This document shows positions 38,176-49,552 of a stretch of DNA of 64,000 nucleotides, in pieces (positions within the stretch are counted from its first letter, which is position 1; every line of letters begins with the position of its first letter). Under the pieces are notes generated by a model. It did no database searches and was not told the origin of the DNA. It saw only the letters and a program-made list of their open reading frames with translations. Source of the stretch: Malacoraja senta. Its lineage: Eukaryota. The position numbers were made by a program, and so were the translations under genes. The stretch covers positions 1-64,000 of the forward strand of contig JAXLNO010000101.1 in assembly GCA_038087875.1 (NCBI GenBank), read 5' to 3'.

Positions 38176-39120
38176 TTACACAGAACTTAAAATAGTTTCT
38201 GCAAACAACCCCGCATTAACAATAGGCCGATGGTAAAAATGTTGAAACATCAACTCATTGGACCACCCGGCGGCTGCGAGGATATGGTCGACGGGGCCGT
38301 CTTTTGCCCTGGCCGCCGACGTTTCTGCTGCCCAAGCCGAGTGAGACGTAAAAACATAAGTGTTAATACCAGCAGCTGTTAAGACTTCTTTTATCCATCT
38401 GGAAATAGTCTGTTTTGAAACTCTCTTGTGTGGTTTCTTGTGTGTGATCAACAACCCAGTTTCCGTATTCTCAAATTCTTTGTGACCTCAATGTATTTTA
38501 ATAAATATGTCTTAATACAGAGACATGGATCATTTGGATATGCTGCTAGCATAATTTTAAATCCTGTCACACCTGGCCTAATTTACTTTAGTAGGTCATA
38601 GATATAGAATGTAACCTTGTCTTCAGTTACTTCCATACTGTCTTTTTGTAATTTTCCAAGTGTTTGCACTCGTTGTGCTGTCACTCATGCCATAAGCATG
38701 AATACTTTCATACTGAACTTGACCAAAGGTAAAGACACACTTGATGACCATTCACGAAGTAGTTTCAGTACCACACTTACATCCCAGATTGTCACGTACC
38801 TAGGTTTCGGTGGTTTGGAATTAAAGATTCCTTTCATTAGTCTGGAAACAATTGGGTGTGACCCAATTGAGTTTCTTTCTGAATCCAGAACCAAATATGA
38901 GGACAATGCACTTCTGGCTGAATTAATTGCATTACAACTCAGACCTTCATCATATTAAAGTTTTGACAGAAATTCTAAACATTTGAAATATCTGCAGTAC
39001 TTTATTGCACATTCTTTTGTACACAGAACTCTTCCCATTTCTTAATATAAGAAAGGTACTGTTTTTGAGTGCTCTACCTCCCGTCTGCCCTAAGCATGTC
39101 CACAGTATGCTCAGACAGTC
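38176..39120 (-). pseudogene. DIRS B tyrosine recombinase (frameshifts, stops, HSxR changed to HSAW)
   Basis: HPIVSRLMKGIFNSKPPKPRY..WDV, K.FMLMA*..AQRV, TISRWIK, FTSHS and ILAAAGWS....F..FY are present. Confidence 0.9.
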
Positions 39121-39815
39121 CTCGTCCCAGAAAAGGCATTCTTAAAACCTGCAAATCAACAAATCCAAACGATGGTATAATGGATGTTGTTACCCTGTTA
39201 CAGAGTACAACAATAAATTACTCCTTTTTGGGACTTTCATCAACATTTGTGTTGTTAATTCTAATACCAACAGATACCATGGCTGTATAGGCCAATCTGG
39301 TACTACCAATACCCTTGAAGCAGCATCTTGCCTGATTTTAAGCAAACATTGGCTTATGAGGCAGAAAGGTGGAAATATATATGAAAACATACCACCCCAA
39401 TGTAGCGAGAAAGCATCAATCGCCACTGCTCCTGGATCTGGTTTCCATGAGACATATCTCGATAGCTGATGATTCAAGTCGATGTCGGTCATTCCAAATC
39501 TGGTTACTATATCATTGAATACCTCTTGAATCAACATCCATTCTTTATTATCATGGAACATTCGTGACCTGGTGTCTGCTATCGTATTCATTCTACCTGT
39601 TAGATGGATAGCTGAAATCCAAATATTCTTTTCAATACACCAAGACCAAATTTGATTAGCCATTTTGTCACATGACACCGACTTGATTCCACCCATATGA
39701 TTAATATAGGCAACTGCTGTTGTGTTATCAATTTGAACTTGAACATGCTTATTAGTTGTGTTAGAACAGTAAGCTTGGAGCCCATAGAAACATCCTAGAA
39801 GCTCCAAATAGTTAA

Positions 39816-41610
39816 AAGGTCTGTCTCACTGTGCGAGTTGACCCACGAGTGACCCAGAGTGAAAGACTCGTGGTTGCGTACGAGACTACAAGTGTATGAT
39901 CCAGAGTTTAACCGAGTTCCCACGGGTATGTCTAAGTTTCCCGTTTACTTCTCATTTCTGCGATGTTCCAAGTTCGTCTCCCGAGTGTACCAAGTTCCTC
40001 TCCCGTTAATCTTGAGGCAACAATGTATATCGAAGTGTTGAAAAATCATCACATGTTAAAAAAATGATGTCATGCCAGCCAAAGAACGTAGAGACTATTG
40101 TGTTTGCTGCATGTGTTCTGCACAACCTGATCCGTATCAGAGGTGCAGCTTCAGGATCAGCAACAGTACGGTGACTTAGTGGACAGTCAAACAGGGAGAA
40201 TAACACTAGGTGCGTGGAGGAGTGGTACAAACGACGAGACTTTGGTGCCACTGCAGTGTTTTCGAGGTAACACGGGGACCAACAGTGCAAAAGAGCAGAG
40301 AGACCATCTCTGCTCCTACTATAATTCAGAATTGGGCAGTGTGCCGTGGCAGGACAGCTTATTTTGAGCGGCTGCCGACCACAGGTACATCACTGCATGA
40401 GGAGAGCCCACATGCAGAAAAATCCAGTTAATTTCTTGTTTAGTTTAAATCCTGCTGACTTTTCTTTGTTTAACTTTAAGTGTGGATTTTATTTTTTATT
40501 GTGGTGTAAAAGTAATTTCATTGCATCTGTCTTTCCTTTAAAACGTGGTTATCATGCATCTGCTTATCTGATTGTAGATCTCAAAACTTGTCATTTAGCG
40601 CATTGCATTGTATCTTTTATTGCCTGAATTTAGACTAGTGCATTTCTCAGCTGAATTAGTATATAGTGAAAATACTTGTATTTGTGCTTCATTTGTTGAT
40701 TTTCATGTATGAGAAGCCCTTTTCAGACAGTGGTTTGCTGTAGTGCTACTTTTCTCAATATGCGCAAAAAAGCGTTTTTACATTGAACAAGAATAAAGTC
40801 TTTGTTTCACATTCAAGACATTTGTTTCACATAAGACTTTGTCTTATTTTCTGATCTACTGAGAGGTGACAATTTTAAACATTTAAAAAGCACAGCATAT
40901 GAGGCAGCTGAGTCCTTAAATCTCACAAATGATTGTGAGAATCAAGATGTGAATATATTTTGCCTTTCTCTATTTTGTGTTTTATGATGAAAGGAATATT
41001 ACATTCAAGTCATGAGACTTTGTAGTGATATTAAAATGAAGACTTCCAGACATCAATTTGATCTTGATAGCAAAGAACTCTCTTTTATTGTGCAATGAAG
41101 TAAACAAACAGTGAGAATCAAACGGATCAGCAAAAAGCTTTTCAACACAACACAACACAAATTTATATATAAACTTCAAGCAATTTTTTCTTTTCAACCC
41201 ACTGTCACTTTATCAATAACTTGCTTAACTTTGTTAAGCAGAATTTGTCTTTAAAAAGTCTAAGTAACTGATATTTCTGTGCCTGATTATTGTTTCTAAA
41301 AAGAGTTCCCACGGTAGAATCACGAGTCACAAAGTTAAACGCACGGGCCACTACGTTCTTACAACGAGTTTAAATGTTTCAATTTTTAACCACAAGAGTA
41401 CATTTTACTCGTGGAAAAGTTCAAACATGTTTGAACTTTTGCAAGAGTTAACAAGTTTCACGTGTACCTCCCATTAGCGCCAAGAGTCGCTAAGTTGCGT
41501 CCACGAGTTCAGACGATCCCGCTACGTTAATTGTACGTGATTACCACGAGTTACATTTGTTTTAAACTCGGGGTCACTCGTGGGTCAACTCGCACAGTGA
41601 GACAGCCCTT
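39816..41610 (+). mobile_element. Non-autonomous PIF/Harbinger DNA transposon (1795 bp)
   Basis: The 45-bp TIRs are at 39816-39860 and 41566-41610 (2 mismatches). The 3-bp TAA TSD is at 39813-39815 and 41611-41613. Excision restores TGG GGA ATT AAC TAT TTG in DIRS B. Confidence 0.93.
40064..40367 (+). pseudogene. C-terminal remnant of a Harbinger DDE transposase
   Basis: IVFAACVLHNLIR is followed, after a frameshift near 40140, by G.WR...QRDHLCSYYNSELGSVPWQ. This is typical of PIF/Harbinger (HARBI1-like) C-termini. Confidence 0.8.
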
Positions 41611-42829
41611 TAATTCCCCATGTCTGCAGTAACAATGACTCTTCCTGATTCCATCTGCCTCCGCAGCTAGATGTTAAGTCAGTTGCACCCCATTCTAGTG
41701 CACTGGCATCAGTTTGTAATATCATGGAAGGTTGTTCAATCAGCACTTTGCTAGAACTGCTTGAGACATGTAGAATCCACCACTGCAGATCAGAAACTGC
41801 ATTTGTTGTTAGTTGCATGGTTCTATCAAAAATGACCAACATGCTTTCTCAGTACCTGTTCTTTAATTCTCTGCAGCTGTTGATAATGTAATGGTCCAAA
41901 TTGAACTGCTGGGAATGCTGCTACTAATTTTCCCAGTACACGAGCCACCTGTCTAATTGAGGGTTTTTGCTCGTTTAGGAGATTACTACAATCTTTAATC
42001 AAATCCACCCTTTTTTCCCTGGGCAAAGTAATATTCATTTGGACTGAATCAATTGTAAACCCCAAATAATTAATAGAGGTACATGGTGTTAACCTAGATT
42101 TCTTTGGATGAATTAGAAACCCCAAATTTTCAAAAGTTGATTTCACAACTGCAACAGATGCTTCTGTTGACTGTTTTGTCTTTCCTATATCAAGACATCA
42201 TCCAAATATGCCATGAGTACATGCCCCTGGCTTCTCAGCAAACCCAGAATTGGTTTAAACAATTTTGTGAATATTCTGGGTGCAGATGTTAACCCATTAG
42301 GCAGAGCTTTGAACTGCCACAACTGGTTCATCCATTTAAATTTAAGATACTTCCTATCTTCTGAATGAACAGACACTGAATAATATGCATCTTTCAAGTC
42401 TATAGTTGCCATATAACATGCTTCTGAAATAAGCTGTTTGGCAGGCACAAATGTTTCCATTTTTAAATGTTTAAATTGCACAAAAGGATTTCAGATTTGT
42501 CAAATCTAGAATAATCCTACATCCTCCATTCTTTTTTGATCGAGGGAATATATTTCACACAAATTGGTGACTTTGGTAGACTGATTTTTTTTTTCAATAA
42601 CCCCTTTTTTATATAGGGTTCAAGTGCAACCTGAACCTCCATCACTTCTTTTTGTACAAAGTGCAGAGTTCGGCTAGGAACATTCTGAACAGGCAAATCA
42701 TAATTTGGATTGAATTCAATTCAAAATCCTTGTATATGATTCAGGATTACCACATTCTGAAGTAATTTTCTTCCAATTATTATAAAAGAAATGTAACCTG
42801 CCTCCAACTTTTGGACTTAATCCAGTTAG

Positions 42830-44053
42830 TAAGTTCCCATGAGAACCAGGTCCACCTACCTCTTGAGTCATTTGAGTACCCTGAGATTCCTGGGTTCTCC
42901 CGGAAGCACGCCCACTGGTTCTTGCTCCCGCTGCAGGCCGCCAACAACGTCCCTGCGTTGATGAGCGACTTGGTCCAGGATCCGTATGACGTCTGAAAGG
43001 ATACTTCCTCTTTACAGACTTCACAACCATTGATGTCTTCATCAATCCTGTTTTCGCTTCATCTTCCAACTCTTTAATACGTCTCCCGACATCCTCTCCA
43101 AAGAGTAAGTTGGGTAATTGTATATCACTTGGTTTGCAGAGTGCTGCGAATTTTGGATTCATAGTAGGCCGTATCACACTTTTCCTCAGACAATTATCTC
43201 GAAGTGGGTGCTGCATAGCAACCCCAGTGTTTCCTGATGCAACTCCGTCATCTCGGCTTTTTTCTGCTATTCTGGCAAAAGCAGTTATTCCAGAACCCAG
43301 CAGCTTTAATATTCTCTGCAACTGATTCCAGATAATTTTCTCATCCATTTCCTGTTGTTCCAGCTAATGGTAAACCAAGTAATTTATTAAGGAGGCCAGT
43401 TTTTCTCCTAATGGCTCTCCTGACCCTGACGGGGCAGCGAATCCTACTGCCAGGAGCCGTTCATCGCCTTGTACAGCCTCACCGTCAGAGTCGGGGTCTG
43501 AAATCTCATGACCCGTAGCACGCTCCTCATTCCTGAGGGTGCATTCCATCAGCCCTGAGCCAGGTGCTGTTAAGCTGCTCCTGCAGCTTGGATTACAGTA
43601 CACTCCTTCCTGAGTGAACTTTGCTCCAACAGCCTATGAAAAAGGCTTTCTATTTGGGCAACATGCTCGAAAGCAGTATCTAGCCCTGTACCAGGAGCTG
43701 TTTGAGCTGTTTCCAGCAGCTTGCTTTCAGTACACTCATCCCTGAGTGAACTTTGCTCCAACAGCTTATGTAAAAGGCTTTCTATTTGGGCAATATGCTC
43801 GAAAGCAGTATCTAGCCCTGGAGCTACTTCCATTGCCTGGGACTCCCTCCGTGGGCCGTTGGGATTTAAACTTTGTCTTTTGCCCGACAGGCGCTGACAG
43901 TGTTTTCACCAGCCCCAGGTCCACAGTCGCTATGCTCACCGCTGGCGACTGTACCGGGGTTTAGAGGCGGTTGGTCTCTAACCGCGGACTCCCGACTTTC
44001 CCGACTTTTGTCGGCTGTGTCGCTCGCCTCTTCCCCCTGTCCGTTTTTTCCAT
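42830..44053 (-). pseudogene. DIRS B gag-like ORF with an internal ~132-bp tandem duplication
   Basis: GCCATGG start with ATG at 44053. It is colinear with A gag. The duplication spans 43560-43690 and 43691-43822 (GLDTAFEH..QIESL repeated). Confidence 0.8.
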
Positions 44054-44265
44054 GGCGTCTGTGGAACAAATCCCCATAGACCCACAGTAAACGGACCTGC
44101 AAAAACCTGAAAAAAGTTTTTACTTACCTTGTAGTTGAAAAACTACAAATCCACTCGAGGAGCTCTGCTCCTCACGTCCGTTTGCGTCAAGGCGTCTGAC
44201 GTAATGACGCGCAGGCGCACTGGCGGGGTTCTTCACGTAGTCACTCACGTGACTCCGAAGTAAAA

Positions 44266-46116
44266 CAACAAATGCTGCTTCTGATTTGCAGTGGTGGATT
44301 TAACCTGTCTCCAGTAGTTCGAGGAAGATACTGATTGAACAGCCTTCCATGGTCTTACAGACTGATGTCAGTGCACTAGGATTGGTGCCACTGAAATGGT
44401 ATCCATCTGTGGACAGATGGAATATGGAAGAGGCATTATGTTTTCAGACATGGAGAATCGACGTTTTACAGCTGTTGGAAGGCTTATGAGCTCCAAGCTT
44501 GTTGTTAAATCAACTAATCTGCATGTTCAGCTTCAAATTAACAATACTACAGCAATGGCGTGTATTCATTGTATGGGTGGAATTAAGTTGGTGTCATGTG
44601 ACAAATTGGCTAATCAAATCTGGACTTGGTGTGTTGACAAATATTTGGTTTCAGCTATTTATCTACCAGGTAGATTCAATATAGTAGCAGACACCAGGTT
44701 ACGGGAATTTCCATGATAACAAAGAATGGATGTTGAATCTTAAGATTTTAATGATATAGTAATCAGATTTGGGAAGCCAGATACGACCTGCTTCCATCCA
44801 GACTCAATCACCAGTTACAGAGATATGTGTTATGGGAACTACATCGGGAGACAGTAGCGATTGATGCTTTCTCGCTACATTAGGGTGGAATGCTTTTATA
44901 TGCATTTTCCATCATTCTGTCTCATAAACCGGTGTCTGCTTAAAATGAAGCAGGATGCTACCTCTGGGGTACTGGTTACTCCGGACTGGGCTACGCAGCC
45001 ATGGTTCCCTTTGATATTGGAATTACTGACACAGTTTCTGATAAAGGTTCCCAAAAGAAGGGATTTACTGATCTATCCGATAATTGGAGAGTTTCATCCG
45101 TTATATGTCTGTATGGATCTGTTAATTTGCAGGTTTTAAAAAGTGGATTGTCTGGGCATACTGTGGACATGCTTACAGAAGTCTGGCGGACGATAACTCA
45201 AAAGCAGTACATTTGCGAATCTGAGGTTTTGACTATAAATGCTGCTTTCCCATTATGTAAAGAATGGGGAAAATGTCTGTGTGCAAAACAATATTGAATA
45301 TTGCACGGCACATATCTCAAATGTCTTAGGCTTTCTCAACACTCTATTATGAGGGGTTGAGTTATAGTGCGATTTATTCAGCCAGAAGTACATTGTCCTC
45401 ATTATTTATTGATGGGGTCGGAAAGACATCCTATTGAGTCTCGTTCTTTCGTTTCCAGATTAATGAAAGGAATTTTAATTCCAGACCTTCTAAACTTAGG
45501 TATGGCAATTTGGAATATAGAGTGGTTTTAAGCTACTTCATGAATGGATTCTTGGTACGATTCTGATTTTGGCAAAATTGAGCATGAAGGTAGTCATGCA
45601 TATGGCATTTGTAACAAGCACAGAGAGTGCAGATATTACAAAAGTTACAGATACACAGGATGGAAGTACCTCAGGATAATGTTATGTTTTACATTTATGC
45701 CCTACTCAAATGAAGTAGGGTCAGGTGTGACAGGATTCAATATTGTTTATTGGCATATTCCATGGATCCATGTCTATGTGTTAAGACATATTTGTTGCAA
45801 TACATTGAGGCTACAAAGGTCTTATGACATATAAAAACATGATTGTTTCTCATTCACGAAAAAACATACAAGATAGTGTCAGTTCAGACTATTTCAAGAT
45901 GGTTAAAACAAGTCTTGGTTGCTGCAGGTGTTAACAGTGATGTTTTTACATCCCATTCGATTTAGCAGCAACATCGGCGGCCAGGGCGAAGGACGTCCCG
46001 TCGACCATATTCTCGCAGCCGCCGGGTGATCTAATAAATTAGTGTTTCAACACTTTTACCATCGGCCAATTGCCAATACGGGGCTGTTTGCAGATACTAT
46101 ATTAAGTCCTGCTTAA
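44266..46116 (+). pseudogene. DIRS A remainder of pol (RNase H, methyltransferase-like) and tyrosine recombinase, disrupted
   Basis: LQTDVS, INNTTAMACIHCMGG, YLPGRFNIVADTR, FPSFCLI and PDWATQPWF are present. The YR C-terminus (ILAAAG*SN...FYHRPI) ends at the TAA at 46114-46116 and is colinear with B. Confidence 0.88.
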
Positions 46117-46290
46117 ATTCCCCTGGGTTAAAGGGGATACTGTTAATTCTATTATTCAAATAAATGAATTACTGCATTTTTTCATGCACATGTCATTAAT
46201 GCATTATTGATTATTTATCGTATCGAGTCAATCAATGCCGTGAGAAGCCGGGATTTGAATCTGCGGCATGAAATCACAAAGCTTTAAAGT

Positions 46291-46401
46291 CTTCACGTAC
46301 GCACTCACGTGACTCCGAAGTAAAATAGTAAGATTAAACGAGAACTTACCAGTTTGAAGGTTGACCTTTATTTTATGAGGAGTTACGTTGGTGATTACGT
46401 G
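46291..46401 (+). other. DIRS A internal complementary region (ICR)
   Basis: It is the reverse complement of the left terminus (35341-35375) joined at 46325/46326 to the reverse complement of the right terminus. Confidence 0.92.
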
Positions 46402-46574
46402 CCCACCACGCCCAACCCTCTTTCATAAAAGTCAGCTGGAAGTTCTAAAATGTACTCATTTTTACTATGTTACTATGTTACTTCGTTATTGGTGTTTTGT
46501 GATTTCACACCGCTGCTTTGAAGATTGACGCGCAGGCGCCCTGACGGATCTTCTTCACGTAATCACCAACGTAA

Positions 46575-46649
46575 TCAGGCATGATCCTATTGAATGGCGG
46601 TGCAGGCTCGAAGGGCCGAATGGCCTACACCTGTTTTCTATGTTTCTAT
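46575..46649 (+). mobile_element. 75-bp CR1-type 3' tail (LINE or partner SINE) inserted in the DIRS A right terminus
   Basis: It matches the reverse complement of ~1210-1268 (TTGAATGGCGGTGCAGGCTCGAAGGGCCGAATGGCCTAC) and ends in a TTCTATGT repeat. GTAA is duplicated at 46571-46574 and 46650-46653. Confidence 0.9.
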
Positions 46650-46710
46650 GTAACTCCTATTAAAATAAAGATCAAACTTCAAACTGGTAAATTCTCATTT
46701 AATCTTACTA

Positions 46711-49250
46711 ATCTCTTCGACAACAACCTAGGCAAGTTGCCTGTGACCTACAAGATTATTACTGACCCCGATGCGACACCCGTCATCCGACCCCCGCACC
46801 GATTGTCATTTGCCATGACTGACAAGGTTCACTCTATGCTGAAGGACATGGCCTCCAAAGGCGTAATTGAAGCAGTGAGCGACCGCACCGAATGGGTCTC
46901 AACCATGATTGCCACAGGGAAAAAAATGAAATCCGCCTGTGCATCAATCCCAAAGACCTGAACACTGCCATTAAGCGCCCACACCATCCCATGAAGACAG
47001 TCGAGGATATTGCGACAAAGATCGGAACGGCCACCCTATTTTCTGTCGTAGATGCAAAGAACTCTTTCTGGCAGATACCGCTGGACAAGAAGTAATCAAA
47101 CCTCACCACATATGCCACCCCATTCGGCATATATAAGTTTCTGAGAATGCCATTCGGGATCAACTCCGCTAGTGAAGTCTTCCAAAGAACTATGGCGCAA
47201 TTATTCGAGGATTTGCCTTGTGCCATTATTGTCGACGTTATCATCGTCTATGGTAAAGACGCAGCGGAACACGACCACAATCTCAGGCTCATCTTGCAGC
47301 GTGCTGTCAAGATCAACCTCAAGCTCAATCCTGACAAGTGCAAGTTCAGGATTCCAGTGGTCTCCTATGTCGGCCACATCTTCACCCCTGATGGCCTCAA
47401 ACCCGATCCGAAGAAAACTACTGCCATCACAGAAATACCTACCCCCACAGACGTGAACGGCCTGCAACGTTTCCTGGGCATGGTAAACTATCTCGGAAAG
47501 TTCATACCGAATCTCAGCGAACTAAGCTCCACACTGCGGCAGCTGACCAAAAAGGACACTGCATGGTCATGGTTCCAGCAACACCAAGTTGACTTTGATG
47601 TTCTAAAATCAAAACTGACCAGTGCACCGACCCTGACTTTTTTCGACCTGAAACGTCCGGTGACGATCACCTGCGATGCCTCGAAATTCGGGCTCGGCGA
47701 AGCCTGCTTGCAAACATCTGACGATGGCACCCTACTTCCTGTCGCGTATGGCTCTCGCACAATGACCGACACGGAGCAGCACTACGCGCAAATCGAAAAG
47801 GAACTGCTGGCTGTCGTCATTGCCTGATCCAAATTCCACGACTTCGTCTATGGCAACACGTTCACGGTCGAGACGGACCACCAACCACTGGTGACGATCC
47901 TGAACAAGCCCATCCATGCCGCGCCAGCTCGCTTGTAGCGCATGATGATGCAGCTGCAGCGGTACGACTTCTCTATTACCTACACAAAGGGTAAGGACAT
48001 GCATGTCGATGACACCATCTCTCGTGCACCTCGAGCATCTTGCGAACAACACCCCCATGAACAGGAGAATTTCACGGTTCTCGGTGTCGATTTCGTCTCC
48101 AGTAAACAACTGCGCATCCTGGCCGCGCACACTGCCACTGACGATACGCTTCAAACCCTCTCATACATCATCAAAACAGGCTGGCTATACAAACAATCCG
48201 ACACGCCCACAAAGGTGCAGCCGTTCTTCTTGGTCCGTGATGAACTGGTGGTTCATGATGGTGTTGTGGTTAAGGGTCACAAGGTAGTGATACGCTCATC
48301 GCTACGAGACGAATACTTCAAAGAGGTACACAGTCGTCACCTAGGAGCTGACTCCACACTGGCACGCGCTCGTGGTCTGTTCTACTGGCCGGGAATGGCC
48401 ATGTACATCCGGGACCGCATAGCCTCCTGGCGCACTTGCAACAATCTTGCGCCTCATCAGCAGCGGCAACCCCTTCTGCAACAACCTCCACCAGCACTGC
48501 CTTGGTCTTCGCTGGCTGCGGACATTTTTGAATGTTGCGGAAAGCACTACCTCGTTCTGGTCGACTCTTTTTGTAACGGGTTTGAACTAGACCAACTGAC
48601 CTCACTCACATCTGAGATGGTCATCAAGAAGCTGAAAAGACACTTCTCAGCCTGTGGCGCTCCTGTCATCCTGGGAACCGACAACGGTCGGCAGTTCACC
48701 AGCCACATGTTCAAGCTTTTCGCAGATTGATGGAACTTCCAGCACGTCAAGAGCAGTCCAGAGTATCCACAGAGTAATGGACTCGCTCAACGCGCGGTCA
48801 GAAGCGCCAAGCACTTGCTAGAGGGAGCGCGCATTTCAAAGTCAGACGTCTATCTCGATCTCCTGAATCTCAGAAACATCGCAAGAGACGGAACCTTGGG
48901 GTCGCCAGCACAGCGGCTGCTGTCGAGGGTGACGAGGTCTCCGGTCCCCATCGCACAACAGCAGCTGGTCCCTCGGGTGCTGAAGCCCGCCACTATCCAG
49001 AAACGTCTCCAAGGGAAGAACGACATCCAGAAACGGTCATACCACAGTTCCAGAAGACCACTCAAGCCACTACTGCCGGGCCAGGTCGTCCGTCTACGAA
49101 CTTCAACTGGACATTCTCGTCTGGGCACTGTTGTACGCCCGACTGATGAGCCGCGATCGAACCTTGTGGACTGTGAGGGAGCGGTATACCGGAGAAGTCG
49201 ACAACACCTGCTTTCTGTGAAGGAGCCCCGACCACCGCCTGCTGATCCCT
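46711..49250 (+). pseudogene. Gypsy pol (RT, RNase H, integrase) with stops and frameshifts
   Basis: RT motifs: IRLCINPKDLN, DAKNSFWQI, MPFGINSASEVFQR, IVDV (DD mutated), LQRFLGMVNYL. RNase H motifs: TCDAS, YAQIEKELLAV. Integrase motifs: H..HLG..YWPGM, TDNGRQF, PQSNGLA. Confidence 0.95.
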
Positions 49251-49541
49251 ATTCTTCGCCGCTCCAGTTCCAGCCGCCATTCGCAATCTCCCACCCGTCC
49301 CCGTATGCCATGCACCCCCTCCCCCCACACGTCCCTCGGGCTCCTCAAACCACGGGATTTCACCTACCGCATGTTTCCCCACTCGGTCACCACATCCTCT
49401 CCCGTGCAATTTTGACCTGCAGCCTCACCGTCAGGTGAGTGAGGGGTTGGCTAGGTCCGCATGCGCTCTGGCCGTGTTAGTAGACCACCAGACAGATATG
49501 GCGAGCATGTTTAATACACTTCCTTTCCACATTTAATCTTT

Positions 49542-49552
49542 AGGGGGAAGGA
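49542..49552 (+). promoter_or_regulatory. Polypurine tract
   Basis: AGGGGGAAGGA lies immediately before the 3' LTR. Confidence 0.85.

Larger units (their letters stand above)
39150..42830 (-). pseudogene. DIRS B pol (RT, RNase H, Dam-like methyltransferase domain), split by the Harbinger insertion
   Basis: RT motifs: IDLKDAY, LPNGLTSAPRIFTK, AYLDD. RNase H motifs: QTDAS..WG, INYLEL (rejoined across the insertion), DNTTAVAYINHMGG, N..AD..SR. Methyltransferase-like motifs: IDAFS..W, FPPF, VVPDWP.QPWY. Confidence 0.92.
37664..44265 (-). mobile_element. DIRS1-like element B, inserted antisense into the pol region of element A
   Basis: The 5' terminus TTTTACTTCGG is at 44265 and the 3' terminus CTTACTA at 37664. 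The ~40-bp ITRs are at 44205-44244 and 37731-37770, and the ICR is at 37894-38006. The flanks rejoin as A's ATG CAG TTA ACA ACA AAT (one extra A). Confidence 0.94.
35341..46710 (+). mobile_element. DIRS1-like tyrosine-recombinase retrotransposon A, decayed and interrupted by element B
   Basis: Termini are TTTTACTTCGG... and ...AATCTTACTA. The 41-bp ITRs are at 35362-35402 and 46526-46566, and the ICR is at 46291-46401. Removing the element restores the Gypsy frame GAA TTC CCT G|AT CTC TTC (EFPDLF). No TSD. Confidence 0.94.

Noticed and set aside
39190..39560. Methyltransferase plus recombinase as a novel defence or restriction-modification system
   Set aside because: A Dam-like domain after RNase H and a tyrosine recombinase are standard parts of DIRS1-like elements, and both copies are pseudogenised.
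40064..40367. Domesticated HARBI1-like host gene
   Set aside because: It is only a frameshifted C-terminal fragment lying between TIRs.
39812..41613. piggyBac assignment from TTAA on both sides
   Set aside because: Symmetric TIRs require a 3-bp TAA TSD, and the internal remnant is Harbinger-like.
46581..46961. 126-aa ORF as a gene
   Set aside because: It is a chance read-through across the CR1 tail, the DIRS terminus and Gypsy pol.
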